Part shown: positions 29,041-44,764 of the stretch, piece by piece | Layout: each line of letters opens with the position of its first letter | Numbering within the stretch: the first letter of the stretch is position 1 | Source of the DNA: the human T2T-CHM13v2.0 reference genome, Homo sapiens | NCBI RefSeq assembly: GCF_009914755.1 | Contig: NC_060945.1 | Length of the DNA stretch: 64,000 bases | Direction: 5' to 3' (one strand) | Made by a program: the position numbers and the translations under genes | Notes under the pieces: model-generated | Told to the model about the DNA's origin: nothing | The model's database searches: none | The model's input: the letters and a program-made list of their open reading frames with translations, nothing else

Positions 29041-30199
29041 ATCTATCACTTTTTCAAAAAATTGTCGAGTAATATGCCCACAAACCACCTGATTTAAAGT
29101 GGGAAAATAAACCTGCCAGAACAAACTAGTTTGCAAATCGCACCTCTTCAAGGTAATATAGAGGACATGTGTTAAAAGAATGATTTCAATTTTAGAGTAG
29201 CGAATTGTGAGGGTTTTTCTCCCCTTAAATGTGCAGAGAATAAAATGCATTTGTCTTTTGGGGCCACTCCAAGCAAATGGCAAGATGAGGGAGAGGAAGC
29301 TGTGGAAACACTACCACCTAGTGGTAGAAGACAGACTTTCAAAAACGTGGCCTAAGGCTTTGCAGAATTCATTTTCCAATAACTTTGGGGACATGCTCAC
29401 AACCCTTTATAAAAGCTGGGAGAAAGAAGAAATAGAGGAAGGAGAGAGAGGTAAATGGCTGCCCAAGTGGTTAGGAACTTAACATTTTCCATCAGGCCGA
29501 TCAACCTAGGGAGAATCATCAGATCTGGAGAGTTCAGAGGCTGCTACATAGACAAGAGACAAAAAAGGCACTGCAGGACCTGCTTGCTTAAAAACGCCCC
29601 TGCCCCACAGTACTGCCCACACGTACTGGATGTGAATTCCCACAGTAGGCAATAGGCCAAAAAATGTAGGGTACCCTCATGCAATGAGTGCCTAGGGGGT
29701 GCCTGTTCTGGGCCAGGTGCCCCTGTAGGCATTGGGGATAAATATTATATCCAAAAGACTGTCCCTATCATCTGGAAATAAGGGCAGCTTTCAAGCCCTC
29801 CTTCCTGAGTGCAGAAAGATGTATCCCTTTGATCATGAAAAGTGTGTGGGAGGAAGACTTTGGAGGGCAACTCTGGAGCTAGGGAGGGCTCCTGGCTAAG
29901 AGGGTGTGTTCAAAGGGACATCTCCACCCAGGGTGGGAAGACCCACTGGGCAAGAAGCAGGGAGGTGATGGAAAGTTAGCCATGGCCTGCCTTTGCTTCA
30001 GGTCCGAGGGGGGCGGGGGTGCTAAGGGCAACACAGCAGACTCACCAGCCTCTGGTGAAGTACTTTAGCTGGTTAGTGAGTGGCTGGTTCTAAGTTACTT
30101 TGCCTCAGCAGAGGAGAATTCCTATGATGAAGGGAATCCAGGCAGCATCAGCCTCCGCTGCCCCTTTGTCACTGCTGAGCTGTGCACACCTAGACTGCC

Positions 30200-30440
30200 C
30201 TGTGATCACTTTCCCAAAGCTGCGCTAATAGAGTACCACAACTGGGTGGCTTGGAAGAATGGAAACTGACCCTTTCATGGTTCTGGAGGACGGAGTCTGA
30301 AGCCCAGGTGTTAGTGGGGTCATACTCCCTGAGTATGAAAGCTCAAAGGGAGGAGCCCTCCCTGCCTTTTCCAGCTTTGGTGGCTCCTGGTGTTCCTTGG
30401 TTTGTGGCTGCATCCCTCCAACCTCTGTCTCCATCTTCAC
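30200..30440 (-). mobile_element. MLT1 LTR fragment
   Basis: gtaccacaactgggtggcttg...ggtggctcctggtgttccttggtttgtggctgcatc. Confidence 0.65.
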
Positions 30441-31552
30441 ATTTGACTGGCATGTTATGTCACATCAGGAGAACACAGCAGTTCAGTGTCGGCATTTCTG
30501 TCCCTTTGGTGTATCTATGAATGTGAGGTCTTTCAAGCTAAGGGGAATGTCTGTTGAGCTCTTTCTGCGCCAATAAGGGGCCAGCTTGGAAGCCTGCGTG
30601 CCTGTTGACAGCTACCCTAATATATTGTTGATAATCCGAATGGACTCCTATGAAACAGAAAACAGCAGGTGATGTCATTTGCTCATAAATATTGAATGCC
30701 TCTGCTCAGGAGGATGGGGACTGAAGTTCCATCCAAGCAGCTCCTCAATGCTCGTAACAAATCTGAACTTGCTCTCTCCACTGGAATATGAGCAGGTTCT
30801 CTGCATTTTAACAAGTGGACAGTGGTTATGCTGCTTCTGGGGGCTCCCACCCTGAGAAAGGTTCATCATAGCCTGATCTTGAAGGGAATCAATAATCGGT
30901 GTCCAACTGAAACTGGGTTGTGTCGATTAAAGTTGTGGACTGTAAGCAAATGCCTAAAAGACCTCTCGTTGACAGTGAAATAAGAAAATGAAAATGCCTT
31001 ATGAAATTCTGAGGCTGTTGAAACTTTATATCTGGGCAATTTCACCAGAGAGCTCCGTGCCACAAATGGAACCAACTGCTTTGAGGGATAGTAATGTGGA
31101 TGTGTAGCACCAGCTCCAAAATGACAGTCCCAGAGATGCCCTAGGTGTTGAGTTGTGGGATCAAGGGGAGAGCTGTGACAGAGAAGTCAAAGGAAGAAGG
31201 AACCGAGGAAATCCCCAAATGTGATGCTCCCCTGCCACGTAGGTCATCTGCACGCTGATGGCAAGACTTGGAGCCATGAGCTGTGTCACCTGTTGCATCT
31301 CCTTCCTCCTCCCACAGTGCTGTCCCACTTTGCTGATCCATTTTTCTCCATAACATTTATCATCATTTCACATAGTAGATTTGTAATTATAATATTGTAA
31401 AATATTCCATTTTTGTGCCTGTATTTGTTAACTATTGCTGCCATAACAAATCATAAACGTAGTGGCTTGAAACAATGCACGATTTTTATTTATTTATTTT
31501 TTTACGATTCTAGAATTCGAAGTTCCCACTGGGTCTCACTGGGTTTCACTAA

Positions 31553-32071
<519 letters not shown>

Positions 32072-32312
32072 TAAGGACACTTAAGACTACATTGGCCCTT
32101 CATAGACAATCCAGGATCATCTCTTTATTTGAAAGTCAGGTGATCGGCAGCCTTCATTTCATCTGCAACCTTCATTCCTCTTTACCATGTAACATTCACA
32201 GATTCCAGGAAATTAGGGCATGGGCATCTTTCACGGGGATGTGAAGAAAAACCTCAAAGCATTTTTCCTTAGCCCTCGCATCACAACAACAATAAACACA
32301 GAAGACTTCTGT

Positions 32313-32608
32313 GGCCAGCTCGGCATGGTGGCTCACGCCTGTAATTCCAGCATTTTGGGAGGCTGAAGTGGGCAGATCACTCGAGGTCAGGAGTTGAAGA
32401 CCAGCCTGGCTAACATGGTGAAACCCCGTCTTTACTAAAAATACAAAAATTAGCCAGACGTGGTGGTGGGCCCCTGTAATCTCAGCTACTTGGGAGGCTG
32501 AGGCACAAGAATCCCTTGAACCTAGGAGGCAGAGGTTGCAGCGAGATCACACCACTGTGTTCCAGCCTGGGCGACAAAGCGAGACTTTGTCCCCCCTCAA
32601 AAAAAAAG
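32313..32608 (+). mobile_element. AluS
   Basis: Alu dimer; TSD aagacttc(t/c)gtg. Confidence 0.9.
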
Positions 32609-33212
32609 ACTTCCGTGACCAAATGTGTGGGTATTATAGGGATTACTTCCCACACACCAGCAAGCAATCAATTCTGCGTTCTGCAGCGGACACCAGCTGG
32701 GTGTCCTCCAATTCAATTTAATTCTGACACTATCTACCCAGGGACAGCCTCAGAAACCACGGGCCCAGGGCTCAGTCCCACAAGAGTGGCCCCTCCTCCC
32801 ACCTGCCCCAAGTCCGGGTCTCAGGAACTTCTGACCAACTGGTTTCCAGTTGAGATTTCCAACACCCCCTTCGGTTTTGATTAATATGCTAGAGAGGCTC
32901 ACGAAACACAGGGAAACACCTATGTTCACTGGTTTATTACAAGGGATATATTAAAAGATACAGAGAAACAGCCAGAGGAGGAGATTCACAGCATGAGGTC
33001 TGGAAGGGTCCTGAACACAGGAGCTTCTGTCCCCATGGAGTGGGGGCCCAACACTCTCCCAGCACCTGGATGAGTTTCTGTTCACTTTCCTGTCCACCTC
33101 CATGTGCTCAGCTCTCTGGAAGCCACTGGACCCTGTCCTTTGGGCCTTTTATGGAGACTTCATTGGATAGGAATGACCAAAGCATGGACAACCACATATA
33201 AATGTGACTGGA

Positions 33213-33536
<324 letters not shown>

Positions 33537-34407
33537 CTAAGCCCAGCAAGTCCTCAGGCTCTTCTTGGCGTCTCCATGCAGTATTCCTTCATCCAGGTTA
33601 TGGGGCAGGACCCTCTCTGGAATAAGAGTTTCAAGACCCACAATTAAGACAGGTGAAAGGAGATCAGGAGAAGGTCAGAGAGATTCTCTTCACTCTAACA
33701 AGAGCTATGGGAGTTACGAGCCAGAAACCACGGACAAAAACCAGTATCTCATAATATCATAGGGGGCCATTATTCTGCCCACCACAGCCTCCTTCCTCAA
33801 ATGTAGGCTTCGTGAAGGCAGGAATTTTTGTTTCTATTCTTAATAAAAATACAAATATGATGATGCCACTGCCCTACTTGTCCTCCTTCTCTAAATCCAT
33901 ATAGAGTCAAACATCCTTAGCAGCAGGTATTTGCTGGGGTTCCCTCAGAATAGCCCTGAAGTTAAGGGTTTGGGTGCAAATGATGCCATCCTGGGAAACA
34001 CAGGCAGGGGAACAGGGAAGTAAGACAGGACGCAGCAAGGAGCCATGGACCGCCATTGTTCCATGGTGGCACAACATGGTGGAGCCCTCTTGTGGGGGAG
34101 TGTGGAACACCCTCAGAGTTGCCCACCCAAAGGGTAAGGAGGCAGGGGTGTGTGTCTGTCCTCCCACTCCCATTGAGGTCTGTTGCTGGTGTCATTAAGT
34201 ATGCAGCACTTCCAGCCTGTCCCCCAGGGAAGCTGAAACAGCCTTCAGGGGAATCCAACGTACCTGCAGCAGGACCTCCAAGGCTTGTGAGAGCAGAGGG
34301 GATTCAGGGATTCTGTGGGGCACCCACAGCATCTCTGCATGCAGCTCACAGTGCCCATGAGATCTGAACATGCATTTATCTTGTGTAAGATAAGGCTATT
34401 TCCCTTG

Positions 34408-34824
<417 letters not shown>

Positions 34825-35625
34825 TATTTCCCGGTTTTTGAACTGAAAATCCTGTCTTCTTGAAACACTCCCCTCAGTCCGGGCAAACTAGAATGGTTGT
34901 TCACCCTGTCTGGTACTGACTCTTGCAGTAGACAAAGATGAGATGATTTACAAGGTGGCATTTAAAGTTTGCAACTCTGCCAGCAGCACTGGGGGCTGGC
35001 TTGTCTACACTGTTTCAGGGTGTATAGATTGATAGTAACATCTGCTTTAACCAGTTACACAGCCTCATCTGCCTCTAAAAGATCCCTCTGCAGAGTTGCA
35101 AAAGCTCCCTTTCGATCAAGGTAATGTGCACACATTTGGTGGGTCATTCTGAAGACCGAGTTCACGCTGTGCAAATGAGAAAGGACAGCGAGGGTTTGTG
35201 CCTAAGTTTTCTAGCCTCTCTTAGGTTGCCTCCATTCTCTTTTCCTGACGTGCTCTATCCCTCACCTTTATTAAAGCTGTAGATGAGTGCACCTGTGGCA
35301 TACCTTTGAGTCCTTCCAATGATTCCATCCTAGAAGGATCTGCTCTAGCCTGATCACTCACCCCTTCCTTTGCAAACTCCTCAAACACCCTAGAAATAGG
35401 GCATTTCTAGCTCTATTGACTTGCTTGTGTTTGGAATCATGCCAGGATCTCTCCTCGCTCTGAACCTTGGCATTACCCTTAGATTCCCAAATGTCTCGTT
35501 TGGCCCCTTAAGGCTTATAATGGTGCCCCTCTTCTGTGCTCTCAGAGCTCTTGGTGCTTGTCCTCCACTAGCATTTACCAGCCTGTGCTGGACTTGCCTG
35601 CTTTCTGGCTTGAACCCTCCGGGAC

Positions 35626-36015
35626 TGTCTTAATCTGCTTAGGCTGCCATAACAAAGTACCACCGACTGGTGGCTTCAACAACAGAAATGTATTTTCCCA
35701 CAGCTCTGGAGACTGGAATTCTGAGATCATGGGACTAGCGTGGCTCCATTCCTGGTGAAGACTCTTCCTGGCTTGCAGACAGCTGCCTTCTTGAGGTATC
35801 CTCCAGTGCAGTTCCATTGTGTGTGTGTGCAGAGAAAGAGGGCCCTGGTGTCTGCTTCTCTTCTAATATGGTCACCAATCCTATCAATTTAGGATCTCAC
35901 CCCATAACCCTGTTTAGCTTTACCTCCTAAAACCATAGCTCTAAATATAGTCACATTGGAGGTTAGGGCTTCAGCATATGAATTTGAGAAAGGGGACACA
36001 ACTCAGCCCATAGCA
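35626..36015 (-). mobile_element. MLT1A-like MaLR LTR
   Basis: tgtcttaatctgcttaggctgccataacaaagtacc...ggggacacaactcagcccatagca. Confidence 0.8.
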
Positions 36016-36967
36016 TAGACTGTAAGCTCCCTGAGGGCACGGACTGTGCGGCATTCATCATTGAACTCCCGGTGCAATAATTGGCAATAAACATTTGCCG
36101 AGTAAATGAATGAATAAACTGATGAGGATGTCAGAGTCTTGCTGCACTCTTCACAACACCCCTCTGAGGTGAGTGAGACCTCATCCATTCACTGCAACCT
36201 TCTTCTGCTTTTTCCTCTCTACAGAGCTGAAGAGACAGAAACTATTTCCCAGCCTGCCTTGCAAACAGGGCTCCACATATGATTTGGAAGCTGCTGATTA
36301 GGTGCAGCCATGAGAGAGCTGACTTTGGAACTGAATTAAGTGCGAAGGGAGTGGCAGTAAGGGTCATATATATTTTTGTTGGTGCAGATCTAGTCGGTGT
36401 GGAGGGGCCATGGGGGTAAACATTGTCATGGTAGCCCCTGATCTCCATCACAGTTGAGGTGTTACATCACTGGAAGCAAAGGTTGATTCAGAGGTCCTGG
36501 GGCTGTGCCACTTCCTGATTCTAGAGTTTTGTGCTTGAGTTAAAAGAGGTGGCTTCCCTGGTGGGTTAGTCCTGCAGTATTGTTTTATGAGTCTTTCCTG
36601 CAGGCCTCTTCTCTAGCCTGCTTCTTTGACCCATGTGAAGGTTTTGTGAGCACACTACTCCTATATGAAATCCATTTCTGCTTAAAATAGTTAGAGTGGT
36701 TCCTGTGACTGCAAGGGAACCTTGCCTGAAACAGATGGAACTATCAAGCCCATCATACAGATGCATACCTGAAAAAATGAATGGCTACTCAAGGTCATAG
36801 AGGTTGTGATGTCTCAGCTGGTGTTTGAACCCAGGTATGACCTCAGTGAAGATGAGGAAGGTTGGTCCACAAAAATGGCATTGTATCTGGACCAAAGTTG
36901 AGAACAGGATAAACTGGTAAAGGGAAGACAGAACAGTGTGGGGATGGGAACACTAAGAGAGTAGATG

Positions 36968-37415
36968 GGCTGGGTTCAGTGACTCACGCCTGTAATTCCA
37001 GCCCTTTGGGAGGCCAGAGGATCACTTCAGCCCAGGAGTTTGCGACTAGCCTGGGCAACATAGTGAAACCCCCTTTTTATTTAAAAAAATAAAAAGGAGG
37101 AGAGAGGTGGAGCAAGATGGCAGAATAGAAGGCTCCACCCATCATCCACCCAGCAAGGCACCAATTTAACAACTATCTCCACACACATAAAAAAACACCT
37201 TTGTTAGAGCCCAGAATCAGGTGAGCACTCACAGTACCTGGTTTAAAAAACAAAAAAATTAGCTGGGTGCGGTGGTGCGCACTTGTGGTCTCAGCTGCTT
37301 GGGAGGCTGACATGGGAGGATCCCTTGAGCCCAGGAGTTTGAGGTTAGAGTGAGCTGTGGTCGTGCCTTTGCATTCCAGCCTGGGCAACAACGAGAGACC
37401 CTGTTTCAAAACCAA
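36968..37415 (+). mobile_element. Alu left monomer + L1 5'-UTR fragment (~37103-37243) + Alu right monomer
   Basis: Two Alu monomers flank ggtggagcaagatggcagaatagaaggctccac..., an L1 5'-end-like sequence. Confidence 0.65.
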
Positions 37416-38469
37416 AAGGGAGAATGGATTACCACAGGGGCTCGACATGATCAAGTCAGTTTAGTAGGAACGACATGTGAGGCATGGCCCGGTCACAGGC
37501 ATGAAGGTTCAGAATATAGCCTGGAGTACACATGTATCCCTCTGGGCCAGGCAGAGGCTTCACATCTTGGTGAAAGGCCTGGTCGCACTTTCTCTGGGTT
37601 TCAGATGGACTGTTAATGCAAAGTTGTTTTTGTGTTTTTGCAAATCCCAGGAGCTGGTGGATGGGGATGGTGTGACCCTGTTGGAACCTGCTGGCTGGCA
37701 GCCCTCCTTCAGAGAGACACCGTTTGGAAATTACCAGAGGCCTAGAGCACCAACCCCTCCCCAGACCTTGGAAGAATTCACCATGATCCCCTGGTAGGTT
37801 CAAGTCCACAGAGGATGGATTCTGAAGGGGAACATGCAAACCCATCAGCACCAACCCAGAGCTGTTGTAATAAGTCATCACTCCTGGGGCAGGGAGACTT
37901 GACTCTTCCCCTGATGATTAGGAGTTTTGTTGTCTTTTGATGTTCCCAGGCCAGATGCCACAGTTATATTAGCAAAAGAACTCAAATAACCCTGAATAGA
38001 AGAAAGAGGAGACTCTCGTTATGATGCACCAATGATTGGTAAAGGTGACTTCCCACAGTGCTGTTTTGTTACAGGGCAATTTGCCAGGGTTGTTGAGGCC
38101 ACCATGTTACTCCCAGCACTACAGTGAGATATATATATGTACTTACTGGAAGATCTGCAATAGTGTAAGATGTACTATTGCCTCTTTGAGCTTTTGGACA
38201 GATGTGTGGCTTTAAGAACTGTTGTGCACCCTGCGCCAGACAGCCAACTCATCGGAGACCCCGAGGAAACAGTCAGTCAATTGGTAAAGGTGACCATACA
38301 TATCCTTATTCCCATGGGAATTCAGGTGCTTGGTTTATCAGAGTAGATTGTCACTAAAAATGTCCAAACTCTCTGATCATCTTTTTTTTTCACCCTCACC
38401 ACCCCCATGTTGATTTCAGACTTCTAGTCTCTGGAACTGCAAGATAATAAATTTCTGTTTTTTAAAAAA

Positions 38470-39090
38470 ATTGTGGCAAAATATGTATAATATTTATCAT
38501 TTTAACCATTTGTAAGCATCCAATCCGGTGGCATTAAATACATTCCCAGTGTTGTGTAACCATCATCACTATCTGTACCTAAAATATTTTCCCCCATTGT
38601 TAACTCTGTACTCATTAAACAACAGCTCTGCCTCTCCACCCCGCCAACCCCTGCCCCTAGTAACTTCTATTCTACTTTCTATCTCTATGAATTTGACTAT
38701 TCTAGGTCCCTCATATAAGTGCAGTTACAAGACATTTGTCTTTCTGTGCCTGGCTTATTTCACTTAGCACAATATTTTCAAAGCTCATCCATGCTGCAGC
38801 ATGTATCAGAATTTCATTCCTCTTGATGGCTAAACAATGTTCCATCGCATGTGCATACTACATTTTGTTATCCATTTAACTGTTAATGGACACTGGGGTT
38901 GTTTTTACCTTTTGGCTATCGTGAATAATGTTGTCACAGACGTTGGTGTGAAAATACTGGTTTGAGTTTCACTTTCAGTTCTTTTGGATATATACTCAGA
39001 ATTAGAGTTGCTGAGTCATAGGATAATTCTATGTTTAATTTTTTGACGAACCACCAAACTTTTCTACAGCAGTTGCACTGTTTAATATTC
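38470..39090 (-). mobile_element. L1M 3' fragment
   Basis: Antisense L1 3' UTR motifs (ctggcttatttcacttagcac, ggacactggggttgtt). Confidence 0.75.
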
Positions 39091-39775
39091 TATTTTATTT
39101 TTCTTTTCTTAAGCAAAAAAGGGAATATGTTGGGCTCATGTAACAGAAAAGTTTGGGGTGGAACCAATATAGCTTGCTTCAGGAGTCTCTTAATCTCTCT
39201 GATCTCTCTCCATCTCGTCCCTGCCCCCTCCCACTGCATGCCTTTCTCAGGCTCCACGTGGTGACGAGATGGTTGCAGCAGCTCACACAACCTGTTCTAT
39301 TCAAGTTCATGTCCATTGACTCTGTGAGATCATTGGAGAAACTTTAGGGTTCTGGCTTACTAGAAGGGTGACTAGATTCTGGATGGCAAAGAGGACAGTT
39401 GTCCCCTACACCTTTCCCACTCCTTTAAATTTCCCCCACCTCAGGACAGCTTCAGCCTCTCCAGCCCAGCTCCATGTCCATAAACCTTCTGGTGTTCAGG
39501 AACTCAACTTCTCCATCACTTTTAATTCTTCCTTCTTGCTTGAACTGCACATCCAATCAGTTCCACTGCCCTGCCAATTCTTGCTTTGAAAATAGTTTTT
39601 CCTCTGAGTCACTTCCATGGAAAGCATTCATGATTCAGGTCCGCGTAAAGTGGTTACTACAAGTGCCTCAGATGCTGGCAGTGATAATGCATCCTGGGAG
39701 GTCTACACTGGTAAAATCGTCACCTAACAGGGGGACGGGCTGTCTGTAGAAGTCTCTAAGATGGGTTGGTTCCTT

Positions 39776-40384
39776 TGAGGCTGGAAATTAAAAAAAAATA
39801 AAATTTAAAAAAAAGTTTTCCTGTATTAGGCTGACTTGTCCCAGAGGCAGCAACAGGCACAGCCCAGACCCAGGAAAGGTCCTAATAATGTTATCTAATG
39901 TGCTCTGAAGACTCTCCCAGCACTCCCTCAACATAGAAAAAAAAATTTCCTTTGTTTTATGAAATGAGTTTGTAGGTTCCTCTTCTCTGTAACTAGTGAC
40001 TTCAAGTATTCTGTTTTCTCTAAGAAGTACAACAAAGGTCATAAGAAGCTTGAGTAGGCCCAAACTACAGCTGCCTGGGCACCATAGTAAAGGTTATAGG
40101 ATAAGCCCATGCCCAGGCAAAACTAGATAACGGACATCTGGGTTGCTTGGCAATGGTCATGTGCAATCCTGTCTTTGTCCTGCCTCAGTATCCCTGCTTT
40201 CATGCCACTGTAAGCTTACTTCAAGCTAGCCCACCCCCTTTTGTAAAGTGTGTATAAAAGTCAGGTGCTGTCTTTGTTCTGGGCCCAGTCTTTTGGACGT
40301 TGAGTCAGCTGGGCCCGAGTACACTCAGTAAAAACTCTCCTGTTTCAACCTGAGGTCTCTCTCGTCCTCCTGAATCCTGCACCA
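39776..40384 (+). mobile_element. ERV1-class solo LTR (subfamily uncertain)
   Basis: TG...CA termini with 4-bp TSD cctt (39772-39775 / 40385-40388), TATA (gtataaaa ~40253), poly(A)-like agtaaa. Confidence 0.72.
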
Positions 40385-42704
40385 CCTTCTCCAGATTAAT
40401 GTAAGCTTGGTCTTAGGAAGTCTCAGTGGACCTACTGAACTTAGGAGAAACCTGTGGCTTAGGCAATATTTAGAACAGCTGAAGAAAGATCAAGGGAACA
40501 GCATGGAGTCTAGAATTTTTTTAAAAAGGGAGAAGGTCAGAAAGTGTTGGACACAGCATCTCAGCACCCAGGGCCATTGAGGCTGGCACTGTGTTTTCTG
40601 ACTTCTCTCATAATCGATGATAAATGCCTCTTTGTACCCCTAGTCCATGTTTTCCAAGAAACCTACTGATTATGAATTGACTTCCCAGATACCTGGATGG
40701 CAGAAAAGCAGTGCCTTGGGTGGTAGCCTAGAGTGCCCCGGGATCTGTTACAAAAGTCCATTGCTCAGATCATTAGTAGAGAGGAAAAGGCACCTTGAAG
40801 GGCTTGAGAGCAGGTGCAGGGCTCACAGTAAAGCATGGTCCCCACCCACAAGGCAAAGCTTCAGGATGTGAACCCAGACTCATCAGTCACCCACCTGCTG
40901 CCTAGTCATGTGTGATGCCTTTGGGGCAGGCTTCCTTCCCTTAATGTGCAGATTCAAGTCCCCACCTGCCTTTGGTCATGTTGTGATTCCTCACAATGTC
41001 CAAAGGTCTCAAATCTTTGGCTTGAATGGGCTCACTTCAAAGACCTACAGAGCTGAGCTTGGTATTGAAGCCACAGAATCAAAAGTTTTTGTATCTCAGT
41101 TGCAAGACCTGTGAGGCAGAGGTGGTCACTAGAGCCACAGCACGCTAGTGGAACACCAGCCCTGGGACTTTCTCTGTTCTCGCTCACTCCCTCACTTTTC
41201 ACTTTCTTTAGCCATGGCTGGCTGACAGTGCGTGCAACTTCCAGTCCCTAGGGAACCAAGAAGGAGTGCTCAAACCTACAGCCTCCTGGGTTGGTTCCCA
41301 GCTAGGAGAGAGCACCAGCGGCAAGTCCTGCCTGGCTCTGGGTGCTGGGTGCCACCATCACATGTGCCATGGGTGATGGGTGTGGTTGGCTGTGAATGGA
41401 AATGCACGTGGTGGAATGATCCCAGGACTCAGCCCTATAGCAGAGACCAGTCTGCACACTTCCTGCCCATGGTGTGGCTGAATGATAGGGAGACAACCAC
41501 AGTGACCACAGGAATGACTATTACGCCTGGCAATTTATTCAGATATCAGTGAGAGCATTGGATGTCTCTCTAGATGCACGTTAGAGGGTTCAGGCCTATT
41601 TTAGTTTATTTTTGAGACTGGGTCCAGTTATGTTGCCCAGGCTGGTCTTGAACTTTTGGGCTCAAGAGATCCTCAGCCTCCTGAGCTGGGATTACATGTG
41701 TGCACCACCGCATCTGGCTGGGTTTTTTGTCACAAAAATTGTAGCAAAAGAATTGTACCTATGTTCATTTATTTTACCTTCCAAGTCCTTTTTCCATTAC
41801 CATTTATGATCTTATAAAATGCCCCCTAGTGAACAAGCCTGGCTGCTAATTTATACCCTTTCCTCTGAAGAGCCCCTCTACGGTAGAAGAGTATTAATGA
41901 CACTTGCAGGGAAGCATGATGTTGCCATGATATGAATAGCTGGATGTTGCCTTTGGGGGTCAGAACCTAGAGATGATGCTCAGAGTAGACTGCCACTGAG
42001 GGACTCAGGGATCCAGGAACAGCCTAGGAAAGAAGAAGACAACAGGAAACTCTAGAATTCTGCTCAGAGACACCATCTCTGCTGTTTTTCTCTGGACTCA
42101 TTGGAGACCAGAGCTAGAGGTCTCTCATCTCCCTCTTTCCTGGCCTGCGTGTCCCAACACAACGTGTGCTTGCGTGTGTACCCCATCTCACCCTTTTTTA
42201 CTCTTCTCTCTCTCTTCCTTTTTTCACTTGAAACTGTCCCCTGGAAACCATTCCATAGTGATATAGGGAACAATTACTCACTCATCTCCATTGCGCGCAT
42301 ATATCCTGATTTACTCAACCAGTTTCTAACTTAACCAGTTCCTTATTGACGGACATTTGGTTTGTTTCCTGCCTTTTGCTAATAAAAACAGCACTTCAGT
42401 GAGTAGCTTGTGCACATATCTCCTTTGCATTTTTGGCCAGTGTACTTTTGAGAAAGGTTCCTAGGAGTGGGATTGCTGGGTCAAAGAGCAAATGCTTATA
42501 CAATTTTGCTGGATAACGTCAAACTCCCCTGTATAGTATAATACCACGCAATTCACAGTTTTCATTATATGTTTCTTTCTCTTATGCTGTTAAACCAGAA
42601 ACTTTATGTTTAACTTATTGGCACAAGATTCCATTAAGAGAAAAATTATATGGACAGACTAAGATTTTAGTTCCCATTACAGGTTTTATTCAATGTATCT
42701 GTGA

Positions 42705-43029
<325 letters not shown>

Positions 43030-44074
43030 GAAATGAAGTTTTTATGAGTTCATGAAAACAAGCCAATTTAGCTACTAAGTTACCTCTTACAAAGGGGCCC
43101 TAATGCCATAATTTCAGTGTTCACAGCTGGCTATTTCAGCATCGTTAAAACTATTGCACTTTGAAATTATTTCAGTGAAAAAATGCGTGCTGTCCCCAGG
43201 GGGAAGAATCCTGGTACTGAAGTGTCCTCTGATGGCATTGCATGTTCCTCAAATCCTAGAGAAATGGAAAACTCCCTCCTGGACAGGGCATTGAATTTCC
43301 TCCAGCATGAAGTCCCCTTTTTGCTGATGAATCCCACTTTGCTCCCAAATCTAGGACTCAGGGTTCTGTTTGCCTTACATCACCTCCAAAGGAAGCCGGC
43401 TGGCACCAAGGGCCAGCCCCTGGAAACTTGGGAAGCGTTTGATTCCACTTATCTGAGCACAGAAGCAGCATGCCAGCCTGCCTGATACAGTCAGGTGCGT
43501 CATGAATTCCAAGGCTGACCCACCAAATCAGGGAGCTTGGGTCCCATGATCTAGGGCTTTTGCCAGCAAGTCAAGGCCTTAAATTCCTGGAGGCTGATCA
43601 CCTGCCAAAAACCACTTCACAGATGAACGTGTCCTGAAAGGGGGCTTATATACCTTGGATATATGATCCGCCCTCCTGACAAGCCACAGCAGCACTTAAA
43701 AAGGCTTGTGAAGGGATGATGCCAGTGGAAGAAAACAGGAACTTTGACCTCCCAGAGCCTATGGATACCAAGAAGGGATCAGATGACTGATTTTTTCAAA
43801 AGCTTCCTGGTGGAATAAATGCATTTCACAGGTAAGCCCTGGAACAAAACAAGGCTCACTGAAACGAGTCCATTGTTGGCTTCAGTAAAGTCTAAAGGGA
43901 AGGTTGGGCCTTTTTAAAGAAATAGGGTCTACATCAGTTGTGAAAATTTTACAAGAAGCATGTGAAACATGCATGAAGTACAGTGTAGGAGGTATATGAA
44001 TCAGCCAGAATGGAGTTTTAATAAAGACGCTGCAGATTCATTAAGAAGAGAATTCATTAGAAAAACCCTGAGTT

Positions 44075-44407
<333 letters not shown>

Positions 44408-44451
44408 TTAACGTTTGGAAATCTGAATTGCTAATCTCTTTAAAAAAAACA

Positions 44452-44764
44452 TTTTTTCTTTCTTTATTATTATTATTATTTTAAGACAGAATCTCTCACT
44501 CTGTCACCCAGGCTGGAGTTCAGTGGTGTGGTCTTGACTCACTGCAAACTCCACCTCCTGGGTTCAAGTGATTCTCCTGCCTGTCTCCTGAGTAGCTGGG
44601 ATTATAGGCGAGTGCCACCATGCCTCGCTAATTTTTGTATTTTTAGTAGAGACAAGGTTTCACCATTTTGGCCAGGCTGGTCTTGAACTCCTGACCTCAG
44701 GTGATCCACCTGTCTTGGCCTCCCAAAGTGCAGGGATTACAGGCGTGAGCCACTTCGCCCGGCT
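44452..44764 (-). mobile_element. AluS
   Basis: Antisense Alu with (ATT)n tail. Confidence 0.9.

Noticed and set aside
40104-40123. Possible p53 element gcccatgccc aggcaaaact in the ERV1 LTR
   Set aside because: Several mismatches to RRRCWWGYYY, including a core G of the second half site.
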